Virus record (IMG/VR): IMGVR_UViG_3300042257_000088
Location: 16,038-80,037 of that record
Direction: 5' to 3' (one strand)
From: a virus
DNA: 64,000 nt
The first letter of the stretch is position 1; every line of letters starts with the position of its first letter. Below are positions 1 through 9,874 of the stretch, piece after piece. Position numbers and translations under genes: made by a program. The notes below the pieces were generated by a model. That model was not told the DNA's origin, made no database searches, and saw only the letters and a program-made list of their open reading frames with translations.

Positions 1-1
1 C

Positions 2-751
2 GATTTAGATAATAAAGAAACATATGATCAGATATGGGTTCCAAATAATAAATTTTTTAAAAACCTTTCATATTTATCACAAGAATATGGGATGTTTATT
101 GTTCCACCTGTAATGTATTCAGATGGTAATACCGTATATATAAAATCATTAAACAATGCTACTAAAGAAAAAGCTTTAGAATTATATGTGGATACACCGG
201 AAAATGAGCAAAGAAAATTAAAAGTAGACAAAGGACAATATTATATCGGAAAACCACCAACTATACAAAATTCTTTTAATAGTATTTCTTCTATAATACC
301 TAAGAAGATAGTTGTTACTAAGAAAAGCCAATCTGAATTATATGAATCAGATGAAATAGATGTAATCGAATTAATTAAATCTTTGAGATTTGTGGATAGT
401 ACCGATGTTTTTGAAGAATTTTTAGATAAGATAGTTATACCTAAAACTCATATATATGTAGATCATTCCAATTTATATTCGTTAAAAGAAAGTATAGCAA
501 GCATAGTTATGAACACAGTTAAACCTTTAGATATTCAGATATCACATCCATTTAGATTCTCACATTGGTATATAGGAAGAAAAGTAATTTTAAAATATAA
601 CCATTTAGAATATAAAATGGGAACCGAAATTACTTTCTTTGTATCTGAATTAGATTTTGTTATTTCTAGAACAGCATCAAAAAGAGTTCAGGGAAATATA
701 TATGCTAAATTAAATTGTGTTTCAACGAAAAACGCATTTATAGGTGGGTAG
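2..751 (+). CDS. 5'-truncated hypothetical protein, possibly baseplate hub-like virion protein
   Basis: The frame is open from base 2 (DLDNKETYDQIWVP...) into the listed 92..751 ORF, so the start lies outside the window. It sits next to terminase and tail genes. The hub assignment is only a resemblance. Confidence 0.45.
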   Translation, partial: DLDNKETYDQIWVPNNKFFKNLSYLSQEYGMFIVPPVMYSDGNTVYIKSLNNATKEKALELYVDTPENEQRKLKVDKGQYYIGKPPTIQNSFNSISSIIPKKIVVTKKSQSELYESDEIDVIELIKSLRFVDSTDVFEEFLDKIVIPKTHIYVDHSNLYSLKESIASIVMNTVKPLDIQISHPFRFSHWYIGRKVILKYNHLEYKMGTEITFFVSELDFVISRTASKRVQGNIYAKLNCVSTKNAFIGG

Positions 752-756
752 ATATT

Positions 757-1713
757 ATGTCGAATAAAATTATATCTGAATATAATTTATTAGAAAATTA
801 CTATTTAGAAGACGTATTTGATTATTTTAAACCATTAAGTAAAGAAGAAGCAGAAGAATATTTAGATAGATTGTATAAGAAAAACAGTAGACGTATGCGA
901 AACAAATTTTTATATTCATTTCTTTATTGTATGAAACGTGGAATAGAAGAACAAAGTTTAATTCTTGTATTATGCACATCGAATGTTTTTAAAGCTTTTC
1001 TAAAAAGAATGACTTCATCTGTTTTACTACCATTCGCTGGTTTTGATGCTGTAAAAAATATTATAGAAAAACAAAGAGAAGAAAGTGATGCTTTACATAT
1101 TGGTGGTTATTTTAATCCTGACGAAAATTTGGTTTTTCTAGTAATAGAAAATTCAGAAGAAGAATTAAAAGACCGTGGTGAAGATCAACTGTATGTCCTC
1201 CACCATGAACTGTGTCATTACACGGCAGCGAATCATAATAGAGATTTTCAAAGACTATTTAGAAAAAAATATTTAGAACCTTTTTATAATAAAATGTTTG
1301 AAAATTTTTATAAACTAGCAAGAAAAAAGCCAACTTCGGACGAAATAGATACATTAACAAAAGTACTTTTGGATAATCTTCTTGAAAGAGAAATAATAAG
1401 CACGACGAAATCAACATCAGCGCGTGAAGAAAAAAATTATGTTAATAAATGTTTTAAAGAATTAAAAGAAATCGATAATGAAATAGGTGAAATTTGGGGT
1501 ATTTTAGTTAACGATTCGTTTACAATAAAAAAATATCAAAACATTGTTTTAAAACTAATTTATTCAACATATACGGAAAACGGTTGGAATATTCCACAAA
1601 TGTTTTTACATTATCAGGAATTAATATTTCCCAGTGAAATTATCTGTGTCTTAGCTATTATATTAAAAGAAGAACCTGAATTTATTGAAATGTTGGATTT
1701 ATTGTTTAGATAA
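757..1713 (+). CDS. Zincin-like (HExxH) metallopeptidase-domain protein
   Basis: Contains LHHELCHY (HExxH), preceded by a GGYF..NLVFL strand, with a downstream ELIFPSE glutamate. ATG 757 follows an AGGTGGG RBS-like motif. Confidence 0.55.
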   Translation: MSNKIISEYNLLENYYLEDVFDYFKPLSKEEAEEYLDRLYKKNSRRMRNKFLYSFLYCMKRGIEEQSLILVLCTSNVFKAFLKRMTSSVLLPFAGFDAVKNIIEKQREESDALHIGGYFNPDENLVFLVIENSEEELKDRGEDQLYVLHHELCHYTAANHNRDFQRLFRKKYLEPFYNKMFENFYKLARKKPTSDEIDTLTKVLLDNLLEREIISTTKSTSAREEKNYVNKCFKELKEIDNEIGEIWGILVNDSFTIKKYQNIVLKLIYSTYTENGWNIPQMFLHYQELIFPSEIICVLAIILKEEPEFIEMLDLLFR

Positions 1714-1743
1714 GATTTAACATTTTAGTCGGATGTGATAATT

Positions 1744-3447
1744 ATGGCTTTATCAAAACAAGACCAAGCAAAAGAATTTTTAAAATGTGCTTCGGATGTT
1801 CAATACTTTTTTAAAACATATGTATTGGTTCCTATACCCGGTCTTGGTGAATTAACTACTTTAAAATTATATGATTCACAAACCAAATATATTAATACTT
1901 TACAAAAAATATGGAAATTAAAAACTAAAGACGGTGTGATATTATTAGCTTCCAGACAATGTGGCAAAACTGTTATGACGGAAGCACTTATTGTTCACAC
2001 AATGATTTTTAATAGTCATTATGATGTTTTATTTATGTCTCGTGATTTAACACAAGGTAAAGAAACTGTAGCTGAAATAAAAGCAATTATCAATAGATTG
2101 CCAAACTGGTTAAGACCAAAATATACGAAAAATCAATCATATAATTTTTCCCTTTCAAACGGTTCTAGTTTAACATTACAAGCTAGCAATAAAAGTAGAG
2201 ACAATACGTCTGCAAAGGGACGTGGAACAAGACCAACACTAATATGGATCGATGAAGCAGCATTTATTCATCTGGAAGATCATCTTAAAGCAGTTTTAAA
2301 CGCATCCGCTTTTACATTTAAAGTGGCAAGAGAAAACAATCTTCCATATGGTGTTATATTATCATCTACACCAAACGGAAGAACCGGTACTGGTGAAAAG
2401 TTTTATAAACTATGGTCTGAAAGTAATATTGATCCGGAAAGATCTGCATATTTACCTGTTAAAATACATTGGTCAGAAATACCCGGATATGATGATGCTT
2501 GGTATGAAAAACAACGTGCTATAAATAGCTATGATGAACGCACGATGAATCAAGAATATGAATTATTATTCGTAGGTAGTTCAGAATCAATATTTGATGA
2601 TGAAATAATTAAAATATTACAAGATGAAAAAACAGCACAAGAACCCATTCAGGAAAAGTTGTTTCCAGAAGGTTATATCAGGTGGTTTGATATACCAGAT
2701 AACAACTCAAGATATATTGTTGGTATAGATACGGCAACTGCAGATGGATCTGATTATTCTTCTGTTGAAGTGATATGTTACGACACTGGTGAACAAATAG
2801 TAGAAGGTATGTTTAAATGTACTGTAACAATGTTTTGTGAAAAATATATTCCACAAATAATTGATATTTTACCTAATAAGGTATTAGCAATAGAATCCAA
2901 TTCGGTTGGTAATCAAACTATTGAAATGTTAAAACCAAAATATGAAAGAATTATAGTTAAAGATGAATTAGCAAAAGCCAATAAATCTAAATTAGGTATT
3001 ACTATGTCAAATATTACCAGACCACTATTAATTGAACAGATATATGAATTATTTTCTAAAAATTCCCATGTAGTTAAATCCAAAACAGCCAGACTACAGG
3101 CAACGTCATTAGTAAGAAAAAATTCCGGTAGAATAGAAGGACAACCTAATGATGACTTGGTGTTTGGTTTAGGATTGGCTTATCTTGTTTCTAATCACTA
3201 TAATTTAATAAACTATTTCAATATATCTAACAACGATGAAGAAGATGATATATTTGACACTTTCGATATTACTGGTGAAAGACAAAATATAAATAATAAT
3301 TTTGCACAAAGTGATGTTTTAAATAGTATGTTTTCAGATGAATCTATGGAAGCATTAGATGAATATCGACAATATAAAAAAAATAAGTTTCAGAACAAAT
3401 ATAGGAAGGAGAAAGAGATTGACAATTTAGGTAACCATATAGTATAA
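1744..3447 (+). CDS. terL: Terminase large subunit (T4 gp17-like)
   Basis: Walker A ASRQCGKT, Walker B LIWIDEAAF, coupling motif SSTPNG, QEYEL.F, and RNase H-like nuclease motifs IVGIDTA, DYS and NDDLV. Confidence 0.95.
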   Translation: MALSKQDQAKEFLKCASDVQYFFKTYVLVPIPGLGELTTLKLYDSQTKYINTLQKIWKLKTKDGVILLASRQCGKTVMTEALIVHTMIFNSHYDVLFMSRDLTQGKETVAEIKAIINRLPNWLRPKYTKNQSYNFSLSNGSSLTLQASNKSRDNTSAKGRGTRPTLIWIDEAAFIHLEDHLKAVLNASAFTFKVARENNLPYGVILSSTPNGRTGTGEKFYKLWSESNIDPERSAYLPVKIHWSEIPGYDDAWYEKQRAINSYDERTMNQEYELLFVGSSESIFDDEIIKILQDEKTAQEPIQEKLFPEGYIRWFDIPDNNSRYIVGIDTATADGSDYSSVEVICYDTGEQIVEGMFKCTVTMFCEKYIPQIIDILPNKVLAIESNSVGNQTIEMLKPKYERIIVKDELAKANKSKLGITMSNITRPLLIEQIYELFSKNSHVVKSKTARLQATSLVRKNSGRIEGQPNDDLVFGLGLAYLVSNHYNLINYFNISNNDEEDDIFDTFDITGERQNINNNFAQSDVLNSMFSDESMEALDEYRQYKKNKFQNKYRKEKEIDNLGNHIV

Positions 3448-3448
3448 T
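3419..3448 (+). promoter_or_regulatory. Sigma70/SigA-type promoter overlapping the terL stop codon
   Basis: TTGACA (3419-3424), 18 nt spacer, TATAAT (3443-3448), upstream of the ORF at 3491. Confidence 0.7.
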
Positions 3449-3490
3449 ATATTAGTATTATTATTATAATAAAAAGAAGGTTTTAAATAT

Positions 3491-4477
3491 ATGAATAATC
3501 TTTTTACCTTTTTACGTGATGTATGTGGAATGAAAAAGATCACATGTATCCAAACAATTGAATCTGATTTAAATATTCATTATGGGTGGTATACCGATAA
3601 AGAAGAATTAAATAACATGTATTCTTCTTATCAGAAAATATTTAATGATTTTTGGAATAATATTGATGTTCAAAAATCTGAAAAAACTAAAACAGACTTA
3701 AAATTTATATCACCAAATAATAACAGTATTTATTTTAAATGCATTAAATTAGATTTTCAAAAAGCATTTACAACATACGTAGAACAAATGTTTGATGAAG
3801 AAACAAAAAAATTATATCATAAATTTTGTTTTAAAACAGCAAAATCTAATCTTTGTTCTTCTTCTAAAAAATTTTTATATAATTATTTTTTGACTAATCT
3901 TCTTATTAATACATATGGTAAAGATGAATTGATAAGACTGAGAACAACCGTATATGAAGATGTATTATATATTTCTGAAAAAATAGGCACAATCTTAAAA
4001 TCTGAAATAGATGGTGCTTATATACATTCTAATAATGTAGATGTTTTAAAATATTATTATGACGTATATGGGCAGTTTACATCAACACAATATAAATGGT
4101 TGATGTTTATAGATAATTTTTTAATAGGTAAGAAAAATGACAATAATGTTACAATAAAAGGTTTTGAAAAATCAAAACCAAATGTTTTATATAATTTTAC
4201 AACAGATATAGTTTCAGCAAATAGCAATAAACAAAGAGATCAAATTGTAGATAAGTTTATTTTTAATAATGATTATCCAATACTAGACTGGGCGTATAAA
4301 AACAACGACGGTAGTTCTATAAATTTAAAATTAAAAAATATGAATTTAAATATAGATTGTAATTCAGAAAATTCCAATATATATGAATTATCCAATTTAC
4401 ATAATAAATTAAATAGAGATGTGTATTTAAATGAAATAAAATCTATATTGTCATTTTTATATGAAACAATAGGATAA
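3491..4477 (+). CDS. Divergent family-B DNA polymerase palm-like protein (no exonuclease domain)
   Basis: KLDFQKAFTTY resembles PolB motif A, ILKSEIDGAYI resembles motif C, and TIKGFE resembles the downstream KG motif. Only 328 aa. Confidence 0.45.
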   Translation: MNNLFTFLRDVCGMKKITCIQTIESDLNIHYGWYTDKEELNNMYSSYQKIFNDFWNNIDVQKSEKTKTDLKFISPNNNSIYFKCIKLDFQKAFTTYVEQMFDEETKKLYHKFCFKTAKSNLCSSSKKFLYNYFLTNLLINTYGKDELIRLRTTVYEDVLYISEKIGTILKSEIDGAYIHSNNVDVLKYYYDVYGQFTSTQYKWLMFIDNFLIGKKNDNNVTIKGFEKSKPNVLYNFTTDIVSANSNKQRDQIVDKFIFNNDYPILDWAYKNNDGSSINLKLKNMNLNIDCNSENSNIYELSNLHNKLNRDVYLNEIKSILSFLYETIG

Positions 4478-4512
4478 TTATCAATGATACATGATCGGAG
4501 GAATGGATATAG

Positions 4513-5487
4513 ATGCCAACAGGAATTGATTCTTTTAAAAGTTTTATTTTAAAATTAGAAGATAATGATTTAATTGCACCAGCATTAAGCAATGTTATAT
4601 TAGGACAAATAGATTCTGGTGGTATTGCATCACATAGAAATTCAGCACCAAATGGTGTTATATATGATTGGAAAACCAATCGTATATATTATGATGAAAT
4701 TGTTTTTGCTAATGTTGTTTCTTCATTATATACAAAGTTTAAGAATGCTATAGATATACATATTAAATTAAAAGATGAAAAAGCCGTATTAGAACGAATG
4801 ATGACGGAAGATATGGGGAGATTGTTAGCAACTTTATTATATAGTGGAATACATGCTTATAATAAAAATCAACGTGGTGCTTTAACTGAATACGATTCAA
4901 ACAGACGGTTTTATGGTGGTTTTTTCTATAGGTCTGTTTATGAAGTATCCGATAATTTAACAACATTAGGTAGAAAAGTTGCAGCTTTATGGTACAGAAA
5001 ATATATACAATTAATTTTAGAAATGTTTGAAATACCATCATATCACGGGCAAACTATTTCAGATAAACAATTAAAAAATTTTAAATTTGCATTAACGGAA
5101 ATTAAAGATGATATTTATAATAGATTAGAATATTACAACTTTGATCAACCTTCATTGGATTCTTTTTCTAAATGGTTTGGTATCTTTATGAAAGAATTTG
5201 ATATATGTGCACAAAACCAAGATCATAGAATAGTTAATTTTAACCAGAAACTTTTAGATAGTCATGACTTTGAAGCACTCACCTTTAGTTGTTTACAAAA
5301 TGCTTATGATAGAATCAGTCCTGTTAATACAGCAGAATTACGATATCCTGTTCCTATTTTCAGGGAGTTATTTATTACGGCGGAACCAATGGCACAATAT
5401 ATTTATTCTCTATCACTTTCTAAAAAATTAAAAGCGGATAATGAAATACAATATATATGTGCAAGGGGAATGTCGTTTTTAAATTAA
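4513..5487 (+). CDS. Hypothetical protein, possible catalytically dead paralogue of the 757..1713 zincin-like protein
   Basis: Similar size with colinear motifs (GVIYDWKTNRIYY / LLYSGIHAY / FRELFITAE versus GGYFNPDENLVFL / LHHELCHY / YQELIFPSE). Confidence 0.4.
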   Translation: MPTGIDSFKSFILKLEDNDLIAPALSNVILGQIDSGGIASHRNSAPNGVIYDWKTNRIYYDEIVFANVVSSLYTKFKNAIDIHIKLKDEKAVLERMMTEDMGRLLATLLYSGIHAYNKNQRGALTEYDSNRRFYGGFFYRSVYEVSDNLTTLGRKVAALWYRKYIQLILEMFEIPSYHGQTISDKQLKNFKFALTEIKDDIYNRLEYYNFDQPSLDSFSKWFGIFMKEFDICAQNQDHRIVNFNQKLLDSHDFEALTFSCLQNAYDRISPVNTAELRYPVPIFRELFITAEPMAQYIYSLSLSKKLKADNEIQYICARGMSFLN

Positions 5488-5562
5488 CATAATTATTTTT
5501 AATTCCGCATATTCGAAAATATGTAAGAAAAACAAACATTTTATTCAGGAGGGAACATTAAT

Positions 5563-7878
5563 ATGGCGACAAATATTTTTCCAGGTGTATACACCACAAT
5601 ACGTGATGAATCCTTTACAATGCAGCCACTTCCGGGTGCAATAGGATTCCTTTGTATGTTGTCAGAAAAAGGTCCAGATAATGAACCAAGAATGACAACT
5701 TCGGTCCAAGATTTAATAAAAACTTATGGTAAAGGAAATCCTGCTAAATACGGGCAGGGTTGGTATGTTGCAAAACAATATCTTGGAATACTTGGTAATC
5801 TCTATGTAATGAGAGTAATGCCAGAAGATTCTAGTTATGCTAACTTAGGTTTAATGGAAGTTGAAAGCACGGTGTCTGGTGAAAATGTAGGTGTTGGAGA
5901 TGGAAGCACAGCACAATTTGAATTAGACAATGGAAATATAATATCAGGTTCTTACACTATTTATGTGAATGGCGTAGAACAGTCTGAAGGAAATATTTTA
6001 TCCGAAGCTACTGGTGAAAATATAGGTACTGGTGATGGTATTACTGGGTTGTTTACTGTTTTAAATGCGCCTATTGCAGAATCAGAAGGATATACTGTTT
6101 ATGTCAATGCAATAAGCCAAACAGAAGGAAATACATTGACGGATGTTATTGGTGAAAGCGTGGGAACCGGGGATGCTACAGCCACAGTGTTTACACTTGC
6201 GAACACCGGTATAGCATCAACAGAAGGATACGCTGTTTATGTAGATGGTGTATCACAAACCGAAGGAGAGACAGCAGACTATACCCTAGATCCTAAAACA
6301 GGTGAGATAACATTCCTTTCCGCTCCTTCATTAGATGCAGTAATTACAGCTGATTATAAATACTATGAAGAAGATTATACAATCGATCCAGTTTCCGGCG
6401 AAATTACTTTCAATGAAGGTCACGAGCCAGATATAGATTCGGATATAACAGTCGATTATAGTTACTACCCAAATAATTTTGATCTTGATCTTGAAACCGG
6501 GTCATTGACTTTCAACGAAGGTCACGAGCCAGCTGTCAGTGCAGAAATAACAGCTGATTATGATTATGATGGTGATGCTGTCGGAACTGTGTTTATAAAT
6601 AATGTTGCTTCCGTAGCAAGTATAAATACAGCAATTTCTGATAGCACAGCATCAATTATTTTCTATCCAGTAGGAAGAGGTTCTTGGTATAATAATATTG
6701 CTGTTAAACTTACCGAATCTGCAGAATATGCTGAACAGTTTAATTGTTACAACATAGATATTTATCAGAGAACTGTTGAAGGTGAATATGTAATATCAGA
6801 ATCTTTCCTTATTTCATTTGATGAAAATGCTGTAGATTATTCTGGTGAAAGTCTTTTTGTAGAAGATGTCCTCGAAAGATATTCAACATTACTTAATGCA
6901 AAAGTATCTGATACAATAGATGCTAATATAGATTGGTCACAGCCATTTACAACATTTATAAATCTTTCCGAAGGTGACGACGGTACGTTGTTTAATACAA
7001 ATACCGGTTATGTTGACTGGTCTTCAGCATCACCGCTTCTTATTCAAGGATATTCTGGTGCTTTGACTAATCCCAAGACTGGTGAAATGAATAATGAAAT
7101 AACCGATCCTGATTGTTTGCTGTTTTCTGTTATTTTTGATGCTGGTTATCCTACAGAAGTTAAAGATTCTATAGTTGATCTTTGTGATGCTAGAACCGAT
7201 TGTTTTGCTTTTCTTGATAATGGTGACAATCCAACAGCAAGCGCCGCTATATCAGCTAGAGAAAACACCAATACTTATAATAATTTCCGCGTTGCTTTGT
7301 TTGAAATGTACACTAAAGTGTATGATGCTTATACCGGTAAATATCATTGGATGACACCGATTTATCATTTTGCTAAGACATTTGCCAAGACTGAGAGAGA
7401 TTATGATCTTTGGTGGCCCTCTGCAGGATTGACACGTGGTATAGTATCTGGTGTTAAAGATATCAGGTATAAATTAGTTGGCGGTTATAAAGATCAGTTT
7501 AAACTTAATCAGCTTAATCCTATAATGAGATGGAGTCACGGTGAAGACTGTATCTGGGGAAACTGGAGTACACAGAGAAGACCAAGTGCTTTACAGAATA
7601 TTCATGTAGTTTTAACACTCCTTTATATTAAGAGAACTCTCGAATGGAATCTTAAGTATTATGTATATGATCTTAATGATCAATATACATGGGAATTAAT
7701 CAAAGGAAATGTAACAAGTTTCCTTGGTGAACTTAAATCCAGAAGAGCACTTGAATGGTTCAAAGTTAATGTATTTGCTACTGAATATGATAAGAAGATT
7801 AATAGATGTCAGGTACAAGTTGATTTGAAAATCACAGGTGCAATTGAAGTTATAAGTGTAACTCTTTCTGTCAATTAA
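5563..7878 (+). CDS. Contractile tail sheath protein
   Basis: N-terminal FPGVY...KGP..P motif; C-terminal sheath motifs FDAGYP, WWPSAGLTRG, LNPI, IWGN.S and LQNIHV..LLYIKR. Strong GGAGG RBS. Confidence 0.93.
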   Translation: MATNIFPGVYTTIRDESFTMQPLPGAIGFLCMLSEKGPDNEPRMTTSVQDLIKTYGKGNPAKYGQGWYVAKQYLGILGNLYVMRVMPEDSSYANLGLMEVESTVSGENVGVGDGSTAQFELDNGNIISGSYTIYVNGVEQSEGNILSEATGENIGTGDGITGLFTVLNAPIAESEGYTVYVNAISQTEGNTLTDVIGESVGTGDATATVFTLANTGIASTEGYAVYVDGVSQTEGETADYTLDPKTGEITFLSAPSLDAVITADYKYYEEDYTIDPVSGEITFNEGHEPDIDSDITVDYSYYPNNFDLDLETGSLTFNEGHEPAVSAEITADYDYDGDAVGTVFINNVASVASINTAISDSTASIIFYPVGRGSWYNNIAVKLTESAEYAEQFNCYNIDIYQRTVEGEYVISESFLISFDENAVDYSGESLFVEDVLERYSTLLNAKVSDTIDANIDWSQPFTTFINLSEGDDGTLFNTNTGYVDWSSASPLLIQGYSGALTNPKTGEMNNEITDPDCLLFSVIFDAGYPTEVKDSIVDLCDARTDCFAFLDNGDNPTASAAISARENTNTYNNFRVALFEMYTKVYDAYTGKYHWMTPIYHFAKTFAKTERDYDLWWPSAGLTRGIVSGVKDIRYKLVGGYKDQFKLNQLNPIMRWSHGEDCIWGNWSTQRRPSALQNIHVVLTLLYIKRTLEWNLKYYVYDLNDQYTWELIKGNVTSFLGELKSRRALEWFKVNVFATEYDKKINRCQVQVDLKITGAIEVISVTLSVN
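5875..6570 (+). repeat. Threefold nested small beta-domain repeat inserted in the sheath
   Basis: Three GE..G.GD...F......Y..YV....Q.EG half-repeats are followed by three (D/N)(Y/F)..D...G..TF....P.....IT.DY.Y half-repeats. Confidence 0.8.
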
Positions 7879-7888
7879 ATACTTTATT

Positions 7889-7920
7889 TAAAGGGAAGGA
7901 TATTTATCCTTCCCTTTTTT
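7889..7920 (+). terminator. Rho-independent terminator after the sheath gene
   Basis: AAGGGAAGGATA-TT-TATCCTTCCCTT stem followed by a T-run. Confidence 0.85.
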
Positions 7921-7972
7921 GAATAGACTTAGCAATATTAATTGAAAAATATATTTAAGGGTGGTTGATATT

Positions 7973-8962
7973 ATGCCGTATACCAATGAGCATGCGTGTA
8001 GAATAGAAGATCCTTCTTTATTTAAAGACGATAGTTTTAGAAGAACTACACGAAAACATAAAGGAAAAGAATATTCTGTAATAATGGGTGAAAAGAAAAA
8101 TAGTACAAGTATGTCAGAACAAGCTTACAGATATAATAAAGAAAAATGGTCTGTAGAAGAAGCAAGAAATCATTGTAAAGAACATGACGGTAGTTTTGAA
8201 AAAGCTATTGATGAAAGCAAAAAAAATAACAAGGAGATGTCAATAATGAAAAAAGAATACAAAGAAGAATTGAATCAGATTAAAAAAGAATCGAAAGAAC
8301 TTTTAGAAAAAATTAATAAATTATCAAAACAAATATATAGAGAAGATACCAAAATATTAAATGAAACTATTTTAGATAGTTTGAATGTACTTAAGAAACT
8401 AAAGAAGAAAACAGCTACACCAGAAGCAAAACAAGCACTTGAAAAAATCAATGAATTAGAACCTAGAAAAGAAAATCTTAAAACAGCAGGACGTATATTA
8501 AAAAATAGTGTCACGATAGATATAACAGACGAATATGAAGAAGCATGTGTAGCTAGTGCAACAAAAATATATCAAATAACATATGATATGCTATTATCAA
8601 ACCAGCAAAAATATGCAAATGCAAACAAAGAAGAAATTGCATTTAAATGGGCTGTGGTGTTTTTATCAGGTGTAATAACATTTAATGACGAAGAAAAACT
8701 GCAAAAAACAGAGCAAAAATTTATAGAAAATATTAATTATGCGAAGGGAGCAAAATCTCTAAAGAATTTGTTAAAAGCCATTTTAGGAGTAATTGTTATG
8801 TTGATTGGAACAGCATTAATGGTAGCTAGTCCGGTTGCTGGTGGTATTGTGGTTATATCCAGCACTGTCTATATAGTGATTAATGAATTTGCAATGTTGT
8901 GGAATTTAATTAAAGACATATTTTCCGGCGACCCAGATATTAATAAGATGAAAAATGTATAA
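7973..8962 (+). CDS. Hypothetical protein: N-terminal PY.NEHACR domain, coiled coil, two C-terminal hydrophobic helices
   Basis: ORF track plus hydrophobic stretches AILGVIVMLIGTALMVAS and VAGGIVVISSTVYIVI. An internal AAGGAG RBS precedes an in-frame ATG at 8246. Confidence 0.6.
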   Translation: MPYTNEHACRIEDPSLFKDDSFRRTTRKHKGKEYSVIMGEKKNSTSMSEQAYRYNKEKWSVEEARNHCKEHDGSFEKAIDESKKNNKEMSIMKKEYKEELNQIKKESKELLEKINKLSKQIYREDTKILNETILDSLNVLKKLKKKTATPEAKQALEKINELEPRKENLKTAGRILKNSVTIDITDEYEEACVASATKIYQITYDMLLSNQQKYANANKEEIAFKWAVVFLSGVITFNDEEKLQKTEQKFIENINYAKGAKSLKNLLKAILGVIVMLIGTALMVASPVAGGIVVISSTVYIVINEFAMLWNLIKDIFSGDPDINKMKNV

Positions 8963-9048
8963 TGTGTGAAAAAGCCAACCGTTTTAGCGGTTAGTAGTTC
9001 ACAATTATTAGCTAAAATAAAGAAAAATTTTAAGGAGTGAAAATACAA

Positions 9049-9744
9049 ATGCCTAATCCTTTCGTAATGGGTAATTTTAATAAGTACCAATGGGAAGACC
9101 AAATTAGAAGTATGTTTGGTGGGAACGCAACAGCCATTGATCCATATACTACTGGTTATCAATTTCTGTTTTTTACAAAAATGCCATCGGCATTAACGAT
9201 AGAATCTGGAAAATTTTTAACTACTGTTTGCCAGTCTGTAACTGTACCGGGTGTTACAGTTAATCCTATAGAATTTAATGGACTCAATAATATTAAATGG
9301 TCTGTTCCCGGTACTGTGGAATACGATTCACAGAGATTTACAGCAAGATTCATAGAATTTGCAGGACTTCCAATTACACAAATAATGGGTAAATGGGTTA
9401 CTATATTCAGAAATATTGTTTATGGTATTGCTGATCCCACGTCTGGTTCCACTCAGCAGGTAGATTACAAAGGTAAATGTGTGTATGCTACAACACTTCC
9501 GGATGCTAGAACAGTACAGTATGCTTCTGTGTTTACCGGTGTTTATCCTACTAAGATACCTACTGATAGCTTTAGTGGTGACAAAACAACACAGGAAAAA
9601 GTAGAACCGGAGATTGAATTCAGTTTTGATGTTATGTATACTGGAGAACAAGTTATATCTACAGCAAGTAGTCTGCTTGATACAATGGTTGGAAGCTCTG
9701 TTTCTGCTATTGATCAGATGTATGATGAAGCATCTGGAGTTTAA
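9049..9744 (+). CDS. Tail tube protein (T4 gp19-like)
   Basis: Contains CQSVTVPG, VPGTVEY, F.EF.G.PI...W, FTGVYPT.IP and EIEFSFD. Located downstream of the sheath with an AAGGAGTGA RBS. Confidence 0.8.
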   Translation: MPNPFVMGNFNKYQWEDQIRSMFGGNATAIDPYTTGYQFLFFTKMPSALTIESGKFLTTVCQSVTVPGVTVNPIEFNGLNNIKWSVPGTVEYDSQRFTARFIEFAGLPITQIMGKWVTIFRNIVYGIADPTSGSTQQVDYKGKCVYATTLPDARTVQYASVFTGVYPTKIPTDSFSGDKTTQEKVEPEIEFSFDVMYTGEQVISTASSLLDTMVGSSVSAIDQMYDEASGV

Positions 9745-9761
9745 TATAATTTAATTTATCC

Positions 9762-9813
9762 GAGAGAGAAGTATTTCATATTTGCTTAAAAATGCTTCTC
9801 TCTCATATTTTTT
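9762..9813 (+). terminator. Probable terminator/stem-loop after the tube gene
   Basis: GAGAGAGAAGTATTT ... AAATGCTTCTCTCTC inverted repeat followed by ATATTTTTT. Confidence 0.65.
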
Positions 9814-9874
9814 ATTGTTTATGAATTTTTCATTAAATGGAGTTTATAGCTCCGATTGTTTGGGGTGATTATAC

